A stretch of 45,672 nt of DNA, from IMG/VR virus record IMGVR_UViG_3300001203_000001, positions 1 through 45,672 of that record; one strand, written 5' to 3'. This document shows, piece after piece, positions 1-9,691 of this stretch. The translations under genes and the position numbers were made by a program. The DNA comes from a virus. Positions within the stretch are counted from its first letter, which is position 1; the number at the start of each line of letters is the position of its first letter. The notes beneath the pieces were generated by a model. That model saw nothing but the letters and a program-made list of their open reading frames with translations, had not been told where the DNA came from and made no database searches.

Positions 1-49
1 CTCTAAATCTAGGTTGGCTTGTGCTGTAGGCACATCTGGTACATCAGAT
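1..49. repeat. terminal overlap, identical to 45624..45672 (circular closure / assembly overlap)
   Basis: Direct reading: ctctaaatctaggttggcttgtgctgtaggcacatctggtacatcagat occurs at both window ends. Confidence 0.95.
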
Positions 50-498
50 AGGTTATTAGCTGCTATTAAATCTCCTGAACCACCTCCTGATGCTCCTTGG
101 TCTCCTTTAGATGCTAATAAAACCCAGTAGGTAGAAGACGTAGCTCCCACACCGGCTTCAGACGATGCTGATGCAGTATGTCCTGCCTTACATATATAGG
201 AAGACCCGTTGTTATCAACAGTGTCATTTACTTGATACACTGTACTTGTTGCCCACGCACCTTTATAAACAAGGGGGACAGAAATAAAGGCAGACACATC
301 ACCAGCGACTTTTACTCCGTTGAGGAATAATGACTCCGCTTTGATGCTCTTACCATTAATAATATCGTTGTTATCAAGGTCTAGGTCTTGGTTCGTACTG
401 TGTTTTGTGTCTAGACTATCTTGAATATCTTGGAAATTTTCATTCAGGTCATTAACAGCAGTTTGTTCTGCCCCTGAGATATTTGTGATTGTTTTCAT
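1..498 (-). CDS. tail fibre protein, N-terminal part. The gene is split by the linearisation point and continues at 45623..45051; the joined gene is 1071 nt (356 aa).
   Basis: ATG at 498..496 preceded by an AGGAT RBS. The frame is open to position 1 and joins ORF 45051..45656 in frame through the 49-nt overlap. The N-terminus ([27 protein letters not shown]) is paralogous to the N-terminus of 7036..8349. A W/Y-rich motif (YKGAW..YQVNDTV..GSSYICK..STYW) resembles carbohydrate-binding modules. Confidence 0.8.
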   Translation of the reverse strand, partial: MKTITNISGAEQTAVNDLNENFQDIQDSLDTKHSTNQDLDLDNNDIINGKSIKAESLFLNGVKVAGDVSAFISVPLVYKGAWATSTVYQVNDTVDNNGSSYICKAGHTASASSEAGVGATSSTYWVLLASKGDQGASGGGSGDLIAANNLSDVPDVPTAQANLDLE

Positions 499-520
499 AA
501 GTTATCCTAGTTGTTAATAC

Positions 521-550
521 CTAAAAAGGAAAGGGGGAATTAACCCCCTC
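521..550 (-). terminator. rho-independent terminator after the capsid genes
   Basis: On the minus strand: stem AGGGGG/CCCCCT (532-537 / 544-549), 6-nt loop, then TTTCCTTTTT. It lies directly after the stop of 554..1027. Confidence 0.6.
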
Positions 551-553
551 CAC

Positions 554-1027
554 TTAGATTTTACGTACTACTAGACGTACACGAGCTTTACCCGCTGTGA
601 ATAGTGTACCTGCGACTTTACCAGTCACATATGCAGCTTTTGAATTCAAGACTGTACCAACCAGTGCGCCTGTAGCGACTGTTTGTTTACCGACTGCGTT
701 AACTGCTGATGTAGCCGCTGCTGCGATCACACCGTTGTAGTCAACCTCAGTTGTACGGTCTGCTGCCACGATGCCAATGTCGATGGCTGAGCCACCTGCA
801 CCAACTTCGTCCACTGCTAGTTCTGCTGATTCCAACAAATAGCCAGTAGGCAGTCGTACACCTTCTTCAATAACAGCATTGGTTGCTGTCAAATCCGCTA
901 GGTTTACGAAGATTTCAATAGTCTCAGTAGGACCACCAAAATTATAGGCACCCGACTGTTTCTTTTGGTTTAGACGATCTTTGTCAAATCGAACTGTTAA
1001 ACCGTCTTCATTAATCCATGTAGACAT
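554..1027 (-). CDS. virion structural protein downstream of the major capsid gene (possible head decoration protein)
   Basis: 157-aa ORF with a GGAGG RBS 13 nt after the capsid stop. It is Ala/Gly/Val-rich and followed by a terminator. The function is inferred from position only. Confidence 0.45.
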   Translation of the reverse strand: MSTWINEDGLTVRFDKDRLNQKKQSGAYNFGGPTETIEIFVNLADLTATNAVIEEGVRLPTGYLLESAELAVDEVGAGGSAIDIGIVAADRTTEVDYNGVIAAAATSAVNAVGKQTVATGALVGTVLNSKAAYVTGKVAGTLFTAGKARVRLVVRKI

Positions 1028-1040
1028 AAGTTATTCCTCC

Positions 1041-1994
1041 TTACGCGTATACTTGGTTATCATTAGTGATGACAGAAACAAAAGCCTCTGGACGGTACAT
1101 CTTCATGCCCCATCTAGAAGTTGTCACATACTCTTCACGTTGGAAGTCTTTGTTGTAGTCTGAGTCCACCTTCGGAGCTTGACGTACTGCACCTACGAAA
1201 GGTAGGGCATCATCAGTTGCTGAGAAGAATAGGTTAGCTACACCAGAAGTAGATGATACTGTATCAATAGTCTCATTTACATTCTTTTTCAACCAGTGTG
1301 AAACGTACACATCAAAACCGAATACATTGAATGAGAATTTCATGCCTGTAGACATGTCGTCACGAACAATACCTTCCCACGATTTATTGTAGGATAGATC
1401 AACCAGATTTGGCTGGGTTTTGAACTCATACTCAACAGAAGGGTCAACAACCGCAACGAGGTTAGTCATTGGGACGTTAGCTTTTTGTAGAGCAAACTTC
1501 GCTTTCGCAAAATCCTGTACAGTCATTGTACCATTCGTGCCACTACCAACCATACGGTGTTTACCACCATTAATTGTATTAGAGTCACCAGAGGTCTGAC
1601 CATCAGGGCCGATACGAAGAGCATGTTCTTCCATAGCTTCCATCAAACCGCGTGCTTGTTTAGGAACAAACATACTTTCAATTCGGCTAGCAAGATACGA
1701 GTCTTGACGTTGTTTCTCAGTGATATACGTTGCAGAAGCTTTATATTCAGTGATTGTGAATGTAAAGTTACCTGTGTCCATCGCTGTGTATTGAATTGCT
1801 TGACCCTCTTCGTAGTCATACGTCTCCGCTTGACCAACAGAAGGGATATTGAAGGTGTCACCATCAGGGAAATCTGACAGCATATCGACATACTTCATAG
1901 CAAAAAGTTCTGACTCAAACACCTCTTTGATATCTGAAGACCAGATATTCGCTCGGGTGATATAATCAGTATTGGTGGATGAATGTCCAGCCAT
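1041..1994 (-). CDS. major capsid protein
   Basis: 317-aa ORF immediately after the scaffold-like gene and downstream of portal and TerL, in the canonical T7-like order. No family motif was verified by eye. Confidence 0.7.
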   Translation of the reverse strand: MAGHSSTNTDYITRANIWSSDIKEVFESELFAMKYVDMLSDFPDGDTFNIPSVGQAETYDYEEGQAIQYTAMDTGNFTFTITEYKASATYITEKQRQDSYLASRIESMFVPKQARGLMEAMEEHALRIGPDGQTSGDSNTINGGKHRMVGSGTNGTMTVQDFAKAKFALQKANVPMTNLVAVVDPSVEYEFKTQPNLVDLSYNKSWEGIVRDDMSTGMKFSFNVFGFDVYVSHWLKKNVNETIDTVSSTSGVANLFFSATDDALPFVGAVRQAPKVDSDYNKDFQREEYVTTSRWGMKMYRPEAFVSVITNDNQVYA

Positions 1995-2005
1995 TTACTT
2001 ACTCC

Positions 2006-2734
2006 TTAGTTGTAGAAATTATCGCCTAGAGCAATTGCGTCTTTCAACTTTTGTGCTCTAGTCTCTTTTGAAAAATAAGCAGTCGGGTCTTTGAGTTTCA
2101 ATTCTTGGTAATATTTTTCGTTACGAACATTACCACCAGAATTATCTATACGAACCGTAGAGGTTGGTGTAGTAATTGTCTGGCTTTGAGTTGATTCTCT
2201 CGAAGCGCCTACTAACGTTAAGAATGCATCAGGAGTACGAGAAGCAAGGGACTGCAACTCTTCCAAAGACATACCTAACTCTTGTGAACGTTTTTGAACA
2301 ATCGTAGCTGCATTATCACCAAACTTATCCACTAGGGCTTTATTTGCTGCATCAACATTACGTTGTCCTTCGGCCTGAGAAGCAGTCTTCGCAAACTGAT
2401 CTTGCACCATTTTTTCAATATCTACCGCACTAATTTCTGCTTGTGTGCCTTCATTGGTCTGGGTAGCTTGTTGACTAGCGTCAGGGTTAGGAGACTTTAA
2501 TTTGTCATAAATCTCTTGAACTGTCTCTAGTTTCTTAATTGCTTCTTGGTCTTTAGCAATTTGGTTTCCTGCCTCTTCATTTTCCCCTTTTAGTTTTTCA
2601 ATAAAAGCATCTTTTTCAAGGGCAGCTTTTGCTAGAGACTCAACATCTTTATAGCGTTTGTCTTCGCCAACTAGAGTCTCTAATGCATTATCAGGTATCG
2701 TAGGTTTGGTCTCACCGCTGAATACGTCTGTCAT
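2006..2734 (-). CDS. scaffolding protein
   Basis: 242 aa, highly charged (E/K/Q/A-rich) and predicted helical, located between portal and capsid. Confidence 0.6.
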   Translation of the reverse strand: MTDVFSGETKPTIPDNALETLVGEDKRYKDVESLAKAALEKDAFIEKLKGENEEAGNQIAKDQEAIKKLETVQEIYDKLKSPNPDASQQATQTNEGTQAEISAVDIEKMVQDQFAKTASQAEGQRNVDAANKALVDKFGDNAATIVQKRSQELGMSLEELQSLASRTPDAFLTLVGASRESTQSQTITTPTSTVRIDNSGGNVRNEKYYQELKLKDPTAYFSKETRAQKLKDAIALGDNFYN

Positions 2735-2736
2735 TC

Positions 2737-3000
2737 TTAATCTCCTAAATAGTCAAATAGTCGTTTGACTTTTTGTAAGCTAGATTTCTGTCCATTTAAA
2801 AAGGCTTGTTTATAAGCCCATGAATTTGAGTCATAAGAATTAGGATTAGTTTCCACCTTCTCGATTTCAGACTCTAACTCTTCTAGGATGAACACTAGCC
2901 TAGAGAGTAAAACTGTATTACTTCTTAGTAAGTCTTGGATTTGCTTCTGGTCTTTTTCAGATAATCCAGATAGCCACTTTACTTGTAGTTTATTCTTCAA
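2737..3000 (-). CDS. hypothetical protein
   Basis: 87-aa ORF packed between portal and scaffold. It overlaps the portal 3' end by 11 nt. Confidence 0.55.
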   Translation of the reverse strand: MKNKLQVKWLSGLSEKDQKQIQDLLRSNTVLLSRLVFILEELESEIEKVETNPNSYDSNSWAYKQAFLNGQKSSLQKVKRLFDYLGD

Positions 3001-4792
3001 CTTCTTCCTCCAATGGGATACCGCTAGAATCCTCTGGTGATAACCCCGAAGCTGTTTGAGCCTCCATCATATTCTCTTCCATATGAACATTAGCTTGCTT
3101 TTCAGCTTCCGATTGTTCTGATAATCTAATGAAAGGTTTTACAATGTCATAATCTTGAAGGTCAAGTAAATCCTCAATCATTTCTGCAAGTTTAATACCT
3201 GAGAAGTGTACCTTGACTTGTTCATCATTACCTAGAGGTGATTGACTCCAACTTGTTAAGCTTTGGATACGCTCAGCCCTCTCCACAAAATGTCTAGCCG
3301 CGACTGGCTTAAGTCTCCCGTTTGCAGACAAGTCTTCACTTGTTATATCTTCGAAGGTAACTGTATTAAACTCAGAATCAACAGTACGAACTGTAGCCTC
3401 AGTTAGATATTGTTTTGCTAAAACTAACATACTATTAAGTAAAGGCTCAAGAATCATTTCTTCAAATTGAGCAATTTTATTTTGGAAAATTCGAGAAGCT
3501 GCATTCTCTAATCGTTGTACTTCGTATGCTGTCTTCTCACCGGGGGTTCTAAAGCCCATAGCTTCTTTTGGTGAACCTGCCATCTCCTCCATACGGGATT
3601 CAATACTAGCAATCTCAAGGTTATTTTGTAAGGCATTTACATCAGGAGACTTGATTGAAACATCACCATCAGCATCTGAATAAATCTTAGCTAAAGGTTC
3701 ATAGTCAAAATCTTGAACTTCACCTTTTACCATAATCGGAGGGAATGTAATCAAATCTAGTAAATCAGATTTCATATTCTCGATATGGTCTAATCTATAT
3801 TGTAAACCAACCAGATTTTCTAGTGGCCCCATAGACCATAAGTTATCTTGTCGTACTCTCCACCCAGCATGATAAATAGGTATCTCAGCTAATGGGTAAG
3901 GATGCTCTTTTTTAAGAATGATTTTGTGTCTGTCAACAACCACAATCATATGATTCTTTAATAATTCATCATTCTCAGAGTCATACATATCCCCATAGAA
4001 AGTTAGGACTTCGATGTAACCAGACTCTAAATATTCTCTATATGACCCAAACCCGTCTACTCTTAATGCTTGATCTTTAGTTGTTTCGTCAGTACTCCAT
4101 GAACCGCAAGTACCTCGTACATCCATAATGTACTTCCAAACTGCTTGGGCGATCTCTTCTTCTTCTGGAGTTTTATCCATCCGATTAAGCATTTCTTTTG
4201 CTTCACCGATAGTCATTAAACTCTTAACAATTTTGGGTGTGTGCATGAAGTCCGTAGATAATGGATTAAACACAATATCAGATGGTGATATACGAACTAC
4301 TTGAGGCCCTACATATCCAATCTTAATACCATCTGAGTCAACACGCCTGTCAACCCACTCTGTAGTTCCTAGAGCATTCCCACTATCAATATAATCAAGA
4401 AGAAGTTTCTTTACCTCCGCCTTGAATTGAGGTTGAGACACAGCCCACATCATGTAGTCTTTTATCTTATTTACACGATCTTCTTGTTCATCACTTTCAG
4501 AATCACCCTCCCAATTCAACCAACGTCTTTTAGGAAACATGGTTGCTAAATAGTTAGAGTACAAATTATCCCTGATCTGTGTTAGCTTAGGGATAGTTGT
4601 TGTGTTACTCCAAGGAAGTTTCGCGTTTGTTGTATGACGAGTATCTGTAGCGTACAAATAGTTACGTAGTTCTTCCCAACGACCTAAGGTTTGCCCCCGA
4701 GCTGAGTTCCACTGCATCCATCGATTCGAGATGACACTTGCCATCTGATCTTTAGTTAATACACCGTCTAAGTCTAATGTCTTACCAGCCAA
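2990..4792 (-). CDS. portal (head-tail connector) protein
   Basis: 600 aa, directly downstream of the large terminase, with an acidic C-terminal tail (PLEEEVEE). Size and position match T7 gp8-type portals. Confidence 0.75.
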   Translation of the reverse strand: MAGKTLDLDGVLTKDQMASVISNRWMQWNSARGQTLGRWEELRNYLYATDTRHTTNAKLPWSNTTTIPKLTQIRDNLYSNYLATMFPKRRWLNWEGDSESDEQEDRVNKIKDYMMWAVSQPQFKAEVKKLLLDYIDSGNALGTTEWVDRRVDSDGIKIGYVGPQVVRISPSDIVFNPLSTDFMHTPKIVKSLMTIGEAKEMLNRMDKTPEEEEIAQAVWKYIMDVRGTCGSWSTDETTKDQALRVDGFGSYREYLESGYIEVLTFYGDMYDSENDELLKNHMIVVVDRHKIILKKEHPYPLAEIPIYHAGWRVRQDNLWSMGPLENLVGLQYRLDHIENMKSDLLDLITFPPIMVKGEVQDFDYEPLAKIYSDADGDVSIKSPDVNALQNNLEIASIESRMEEMAGSPKEAMGFRTPGEKTAYEVQRLENAASRIFQNKIAQFEEMILEPLLNSMLVLAKQYLTEATVRTVDSEFNTVTFEDITSEDLSANGRLKPVAARHFVERAERIQSLTSWSQSPLGNDEQVKVHFSGIKLAEMIEDLLDLQDYDIVKPFIRLSEQSEAEKQANVHMEENMMEAQTASGLSPEDSSGIPLEEEVEE

Positions 4793-4802
4793 ATTCTATC
4801 CT

Positions 4803-6353
4803 TTAACCCATACCACCAAAACGGTGATGGGTAATGTCAGCCCAAGGGCGTTTACGTTTGTATACAGTATTCATTGATGGAGCTATTGCGATTTCAATTG
4901 CGGATGCTAAACAATCCTTAATGTCATCATGTGGTGGTTTTTGGAGTACTAGCTCTTCCTCTAATAACTCACAGTTACCACCTTTATAGTGCCACATCTG
5001 TAGGTTTTGGTACTTAGCATTAAGAGCCGCTTCAATACGCTCTTCTTTAGTTCCTAAATGTCTAGAGGGACGAAACTCGTCTATAGATAACGACAACCCA
5101 AATGGTCTAATGTAATTATCTTTTAAATCCCGGACAATAATCTTCTGGGCTGCGTTTACCTCAGCCCTTAACTTTTTGAATCCCCACTTTTGGTATAGCT
5201 TCAAGATTCTATCAAAGTAATCCTTGATCTTCTCTGTCTTAAATCTATCAATATCGAGAACATAGTAATTATTATTAGTGTCAACACCTACCACAACAAT
5301 AGCTGTATAATCTGCTTTTCTAGCTAGTGAAAACGCAAAGTCTACTGCTGCGAAAACATTTAATCTCTGATCTTTATAGTAGACAAAACCATCTTTTCTA
5401 ACGACTGAAGTCTTCTCGTAGTGTTGGAACCAATCCTTATCAATAGGTGGGTTATCAGAATCATTCGGATCATTATAATACTGAGCTCTAAACTGAAGCT
5501 TATTTAGGTATTGAGCCTTCTTTTTCTCAAGGACTTCTCTGTTAAATCCAAACCAATTACCATCATGTCTTTGTTGTCTAGGCCAAAGGAATTGCCCCGA
5601 ACCATCTCCTACATCCTCTACAACCCGTTCAAATAACTCATATAGAGGAGATTCTTTTACTAGTTCCCCCTCAGGGCTATATGACTTAAGATTCATAGAC
5701 ATCATCTCCCCATATAAGTCGTTGGGGTTATATCTTGTACCTACTACGATTTCTTTAGCTTCTGCACCCTCAATAGATGACAAGAAGGAATACTGAGTTT
5801 TTACTTTCTCTCGGCCTGCTTCTTTATCAGCATTATCCCCTGTTACAACATCGTCTAGAACAGCGATGTCACAGTGAAGTCCAACAATACCAGTCGTTAA
5901 CCCAGCAATAAAGATACTAGGATCACGAATAGCCTCGGCCTTACGTTTGGGATGATCTACTGAAATTTCCCACTCTGTCCATTTTTCTCTTTTACCTTCA
6001 TCTGGGTGAGTCATCTCAGGCCAGTATCTACGATATGTAGGGTGGTCTAAAATATCCTTTATAAATTTAAGCTGCTTAGCTGCAAGATTAGATGTTGAGG
6101 AGATATAGAGAATGCGAATTGCTGGATTTTTAGTAAGTTCCCATGCGGCTCTATATCCAGCCATTGCAGATTTTCCGTGATCCCGTGGTAATAAGCAGAG
6201 TTGATGTGATTTAGCATCTTGTCTTGTCCACCAACTAATTAAATCCTTGTGTACTTGACCCAATACGCGTTGGGGGTGTACAAGATTGATAAAAAACTCC
6301 AGATCAGACTCAGCCCTCTGCTTTATCTCTAAAATTTTTTGTTTTTTATCCAC
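4803..6353 (-). CDS. terL: terminase large subunit
   Basis: 516 aa. Walker A-like PRDHGKSA, Walker B-like CDIAVLDDVV, and a C-terminal RNaseH-like nuclease segment (AAVDFAFS..DYTAIVVVG). Located upstream of the portal. Confidence 0.85.
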   Translation of the reverse strand: MDKKQKILEIKQRAESDLEFFINLVHPQRVLGQVHKDLISWWTRQDAKSHQLCLLPRDHGKSAMAGYRAAWELTKNPAIRILYISSTSNLAAKQLKFIKDILDHPTYRRYWPEMTHPDEGKREKWTEWEISVDHPKRKAEAIRDPSIFIAGLTTGIVGLHCDIAVLDDVVTGDNADKEAGREKVKTQYSFLSSIEGAEAKEIVVGTRYNPNDLYGEMMSMNLKSYSPEGELVKESPLYELFERVVEDVGDGSGQFLWPRQQRHDGNWFGFNREVLEKKKAQYLNKLQFRAQYYNDPNDSDNPPIDKDWFQHYEKTSVVRKDGFVYYKDQRLNVFAAVDFAFSLARKADYTAIVVVGVDTNNNYYVLDIDRFKTEKIKDYFDRILKLYQKWGFKKLRAEVNAAQKIIVRDLKDNYIRPFGLSLSIDEFRPSRHLGTKEERIEAALNAKYQNLQMWHYKGGNCELLEEELVLQKPPHDDIKDCLASAIEIAIAPSMNTVYKRKRPWADITHHRFGGMG

Positions 6354-6638
6354 TTATTTACCTTTATAACTAATCCAACCTAATAATCTCACCCAAATCC
6401 AATAGAACCATGCAATGAGTACACATATTAATATCTTTAATACTGGTTTTGATTTGCTGGCATCTCTAAGCATGGCTTGTAAAAATTTCATATCACAAAT
6501 ATACCTAGAAGGATTACCTCTTTTATATCCAATATCGTGTTTTGACCAAGATGCTTCATTAAAAAATCTTAAACTAAATTTAGTTAGTTTATCTCTTACG
6601 GAGGAAGGAAACCAACTAGGACCTACTCCATTAACCAT
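6354..6638 (-). CDS. small protein with an HDxxY motif and a C-terminal transmembrane helix (DUF1353- or phospholipase-A2-like?)
   Basis: The ATG at 6638..6636 overlaps the upstream stop (TGATG). Motifs: NGVGPSWFP ... SKHDIGY ... CD, then hydrophobic ILICVLIAWFYWIWVRLLGW. Confidence 0.45.
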   Translation of the reverse strand: MVNGVGPSWFPSSVRDKLTKFSLRFFNEASWSKHDIGYKRGNPSRYICDMKFLQAMLRDASKSKPVLKILICVLIAWFYWIWVRLLGWISYKGK

Positions 6639-7036
6639 CAATCTAACTCAGATGCAAATAACCACATTTCATCTAACTTATCTTGTGGAATTTGTAAAAT
6701 AGAAGCCAATGCAATCACAGTTGGTTCTGACATACTATAGGTAGTGGCATATTTTAGTTTATTTTCTACCACTGTTTTAGTAGGTTCTGTAAGACTGTTT
6801 ATAGCCCCCTCTAATAAATCTGACATTCCATATATTTCTAATGCGGAATGAAATTGCCATGATTGTATTGTATCTGGTATTTTCTTATAATCTTTATTGA
6901 TTTCATAGGAATAAGGTATGTTATCATCCACACCTTCTCCTATGATATTCAAATGAGAAACAAAACTATCCGGGTCTTGCATATCCGGAACAACACCTAC
7001 TACAATTTCTTTTTTATTTTTTAATAGATATTCCAT
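6638..7036 (-). CDS. hypothetical protein (possible fibre-associated or assembly protein)
   Basis: Start moved to the ATG at 7036..7034, which overlaps the fibre stop (TAATG). The longer ORF-track start would overlap the fibre gene by 55 nt. Confidence 0.55.
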   Translation of the reverse strand: MEYLLKNKKEIVVGVVPDMQDPDSFVSHLNIIGEGVDDNIPYSYEINKDYKKIPDTIQSWQFHSALEIYGMSDLLEGAINSLTEPTKTVVENKLKYATTYSMSEPTVIALASILQIPQDKLDEMWLFASELD

Positions 7037-8349
7037 TACAAATTCCTCATATTGGGGATAACACCTGAATTGGGGTCTACATCCTTCCAACCCTCAGAAT
7101 AGGCAGGTAGTGCCATTAAATATTCAGCGCCTTGAGGGGCATAAAAATAAATGGGGTATGGAGAATACCCATAGAAATACCTAGGGTCTTCCTTAGTTTT
7201 GATAGTTATACTTTTCCAACCATCTGAGGGAGTTAATACAACATCCCCGGGTTGTTCTACACCATCCAGATATATCTTATTACTTCCAAAATCCCCTCTT
7301 ATACACAATGTTTGTGTCAAACACTTAGTATAACAATGAAAAGTAGTCTCTACCGGTCTAACTCCACTCATAAATAGAGATAAATAATGAGTGAGAGAAC
7401 CAGTAGGCTGATACCCCCCGGCTACCCCATTACCTGCTGTAAGTTTAGCCACCCAAAATTCAATACCATACCTACGATATAAACTACTCGCCTTAAGTTT
7501 TACCATCAACTCTGCTACTTCGGGGTCTAATACCCCGGCTGTTCCGCCATAAGTGGTATTATTATGTATAAACTTACCATTACTTTGTGTTGTAACCCCA
7601 TTGTATTTTACAAAATAATTTGGAAAACTAAAACTTTCAGGGGAAGTTACAGATAAATGAGTAGCCCCATTAAATCGTCCACTATCAAATAGATAATTAG
7701 TAAAAAACCCACCTGAGGAAGGTAACCCTATATCAAAATTAGCATCTTGTGCAGTACCTATATTAGTGTAGGTAGGAGGGGAGCTAGGGGATAACATGGT
7801 TATTGAATTAATGGAAAAAGTACCAGAACCGTCCGTTCCCGTATCTCCTTGAATACCCTGAGGACCTTGTATACCTTGAGGTCCTGTAGCTCCTGTATCT
7901 CCTGTATCTCCTTGAGGACCTGTATCTCCTGTATCTCCTTGAATACCCTGAGGACCTTGTATACCTTGAGGTCCTTGTGGACCTGTATCTCCTTGGATAC
8001 CTTGAGGTCCAGTATCACCTGTATCACCCTTCGGGATGGAGAAATCAAAAATCGCGGCTTTTGTAGTTCCTGAGTTTGTAATCGTCGCTGTCGTGCCAGA
8101 GGAGGCCTGTGTGACCGTGCCTAACGACACAGTTGCTTCTAGGTCACTAGCGTCTTGGCCATTGATTTGGCCCACGTTTAAAAGGTCGTTGTTATCTAAG
8201 TCTAGGTCTTCCCCCATAGAGTTGGGAGTAGTACCATCACGAGATAAAGTCTTTTCAAGAGCGTCTTCGACTGCTTGAAAATTTTGATTGATGCGACTGA
8301 TAGCTGTGTTACTAAAGTCTGCAATATCTTCTGTAGTAAGCTTAGTCAT
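7036..8349 (-). CDS. tail fibre protein with a collagen-like Gly-X-Y domain
   Basis: 437 aa. The N-terminus ([26 protein letters not shown]) is shared with the second fibre. There are 23 uninterrupted G-X-Y triplets ([13 protein letters not shown]...). Confidence 0.8.
   Translation of the reverse strand: MTKLTTEDIADFSNTAISRINQNFQAVEDALEKTLSRDGTTPNSMGEDLDLDNNDLLNVGQINGQDASDLEATVSLGTVTQASSGTTATITNSGTTKAAIFDFSIPKGDTGDTGPQGIQGDTGPQGPQGIQGPQGIQGDTGDTGPQGDTGDTGATGPQGIQGPQGIQGDTGTDGSGTFSINSITMLSPSSPPTYTNIGTAQDANFDIGLPSSGGFFTNYLFDSGRFNGATHLSVTSPESFSFPNYFVKYNGVTTQSNGKFIHNNTTYGGTAGVLDPEVAELMVKLKASSLYRRYGIEFWVAKLTAGNGVAGGYQPTGSLTHYLSLFMSGVRPVETTFHCYTKCLTQTLCIRGDFGSNKIYLDGVEQPGDVVLTPSDGWKSITIKTKEDPRYFYGYSPYPIYFYAPQGAEYLMALPAYSEGWKDVDPNSGVIPNMRNL
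7822..8028 (-). repeat. coding tandem repeat (9/18-nt periodicity) encoding collagen-like GXY triplets
   Basis: Repeated ggtgatac/ggaccttgtataccttgagg-type units are visible in the DNA. They correspond to fibre residues about 108-176. Confidence 0.85.
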
Positions 8350-8938
8350 CTATAATAAACCTCAATGGGAATGAATTTTCCGTTACTACACCGCCGGGTT
8401 CTACAAACGGACAGTCTTTATATTTAAGACTGACATAGAACTCAGCAAGCCCGGGTTGGGCGGCGGTAGGTACTCGGAAAGAATAATTTAATGTTATATA
8501 CTCGTCTGTGGCGCGGATTAAGTCAAAGTTTTCTACTTGAACTGGATACTCTAGACCGAAGTGGTTTCGGACTTTGTACTGCCCTGACTCTGTAACTGGT
8601 TGAGAGCACAACAATCCTTGGTCAGTTCTCTTTAGTCTATATGTGACTTCACAAGACTCGTTTATTTTACACGGGCCTTTTATATGAGATACGAGTTCAT
8701 CATACTCTACGATGTCGGGGATGGTTCGTAGGCTTTGTACATCTTGTTGGATTCTGGATATCTGTCGTCCATAAGAATCCATAATGTCGCCATATTGGGA
8801 AAGTTGTTCTGGGATACTTGTATATTTATTTATAGTGTCTCCCCAGAAGAATGTAGCACTGGACACAACTGCGGTGCCAACTATTGCTAATGAAGATGTG
8901 ATCTTAGCGAGATCAGCCGCTAGTTCCGTCAGTTTCAT
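8342..8938 (-). CDS. hypothetical membrane-anchored or virion protein
   Basis: 198 aa with an N-terminal hydrophobic helix ([17 protein letters not shown]). It overlaps the fibre start by 8 nt. Confidence 0.55.
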   Translation of the reverse strand: MKLTELAADLAKITSSLAIVGTAVVSSATFFWGDTINKYTSIPEQLSQYGDIMDSYGRQISRIQQDVQSLRTIPDIVEYDELVSHIKGPCKINESCEVTYRLKRTDQGLLCSQPVTESGQYKVRNHFGLEYPVQVENFDLIRATDEYITLNYSFRVPTAAQPGLAEFYVSLKYKDCPFVEPGGVVTENSFPLRFIIDD

Positions 8939-9434
8939 TTAATAATCTTTCGTAGTCGTCGTCAAACTTAGAATTCTGTTCTACTAGTTTCTCAGCTTCT
9001 CGTTTGATCTTATCGTTGGAAGGTCTTCCTGCTGATTTATCCCAATTCTTTTCTAGGAGGGTTTTAGCGGCCCCGTAGGCGTTTTTACCTGACATTGCCT
9101 CTTTCTGGATAACTGCTAGTAATTGGGAGCGTTCTCTGACATCTCTTTCTTCTCTCCAAGACTTGATGTGTTCGGAAAAGAAAGATGAAGTAGATAGTTT
9201 CTGCCAGTGCGCCCAACTAAATAAATACTTCATTGCGAATGTATATTCAGTTACATCTGGTTCTTCTAGGAATAATCTTTTTAGGGAAGGGTAGGTTTTA
9301 CCGTCTTTAGTAAAATCTTCATCTTTTAATGTATACTGAGCGGAAGTAGTTTGAAAAGGTGATTCTAGGAAAAGACCTTGTGTTATATATACACCGCCCG
9401 TGTTTTTAAATAGCGATTTATCAGGAGTAAACAT
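8913..9434 (-). CDS. hypothetical protein, first gene of the leftward arm
   Basis: 173-aa ORF directly downstream of the consensus leftward promoter. A C-terminal AGRPS..KIKREAE basic segment faintly recalls small terminases, but this is not supported further. Confidence 0.55.
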   Translation of the reverse strand: MFTPDKSLFKNTGGVYITQGLFLESPFQTTSAQYTLKDEDFTKDGKTYPSLKRLFLEEPDVTEYTFAMKYLFSWAHWQKLSTSSFFSEHIKSWREERDVRERSQLLAVIQKEAMSGKNAYGAAKTLLEKNWDKSAGRPSNDKIKREAEKLVEQNSKFDDDYERLLNETDGTSG

Positions 9435-9510
9435 ATGTTCTCTTTATGAATAACTTAAGTACCTTGAGTCTTATACCATATAACAATGTTATCATATGGT
9501 CTACAAGTAT

Positions 9511-9539
9511 ATTATACCATATTTACGGAAAGATGTCAA
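9511..9539 (-). promoter_or_regulatory. consensus sigma70 promoter for the leftward (structural) arm
   Basis: The minus strand reads TTGACA (9539..9534), a 17-nt spacer, then TATAAT (9516..9511). Confidence 0.75.
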
Positions 9540-9650
9540 CACTAAAATGTAATATTTATGAAATTAAATTAATTCGTGAATCCTGTAGATTTTTTACCCC
9601 TAGAATTTCTGTGAGAAAATATGTTGGTACTATACACTTTATACGTTAGG

Positions 9651-9689
9651 CACCCCCTTCCCCCTTTGTACCCCTTTGCTTTACTTTCC
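9651..9689 (+). repeat. C-rich tract with about 10-bp phased units (cacccccttc / cccctttgta / cccctttgct)
   Basis: Read directly. CCCCTTTG occurs at 9661 and 9671, preceded by CCCCCTTC. This composition is atypical for an AT-rich genome. Confidence 0.7.
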
Positions 9690-9691
9690 GT

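Noticed and set aside
1-49. The 49-nt end duplication as a genuine T7-style direct terminal repeat
   Set aside because: It lies inside an ORF that reads through the junction in frame, and it is far shorter than typical podoviral terminal repeats. An assembly overlap or circular permutation explains it better.
981-1891. ORFs 981..1163(+), 1557..1877(+) and 1643..1891(-) within the capsid gene region
   Set aside because: They are embedded in, or antisense to, the 317-aa capsid ORF. They have no RBS and their composition is typical of off-frame translation.
7822-8028. Periodic short repeats considered as a possible CRISPR-like array
   Set aside because: The period is 9/18 nt with no unique spacers, and the region lies entirely in frame within a Gly-X-Y coding region.
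7800-8278. ORFs 7800..8048(-), 7849..8073(+) and 8036..8278(+)
   Set aside because: They are alternative-frame or antisense readings of the collagen-like repeat and fibre gene. Their low-complexity translations ([14 protein letters not shown]...) are artefacts of the repeat.
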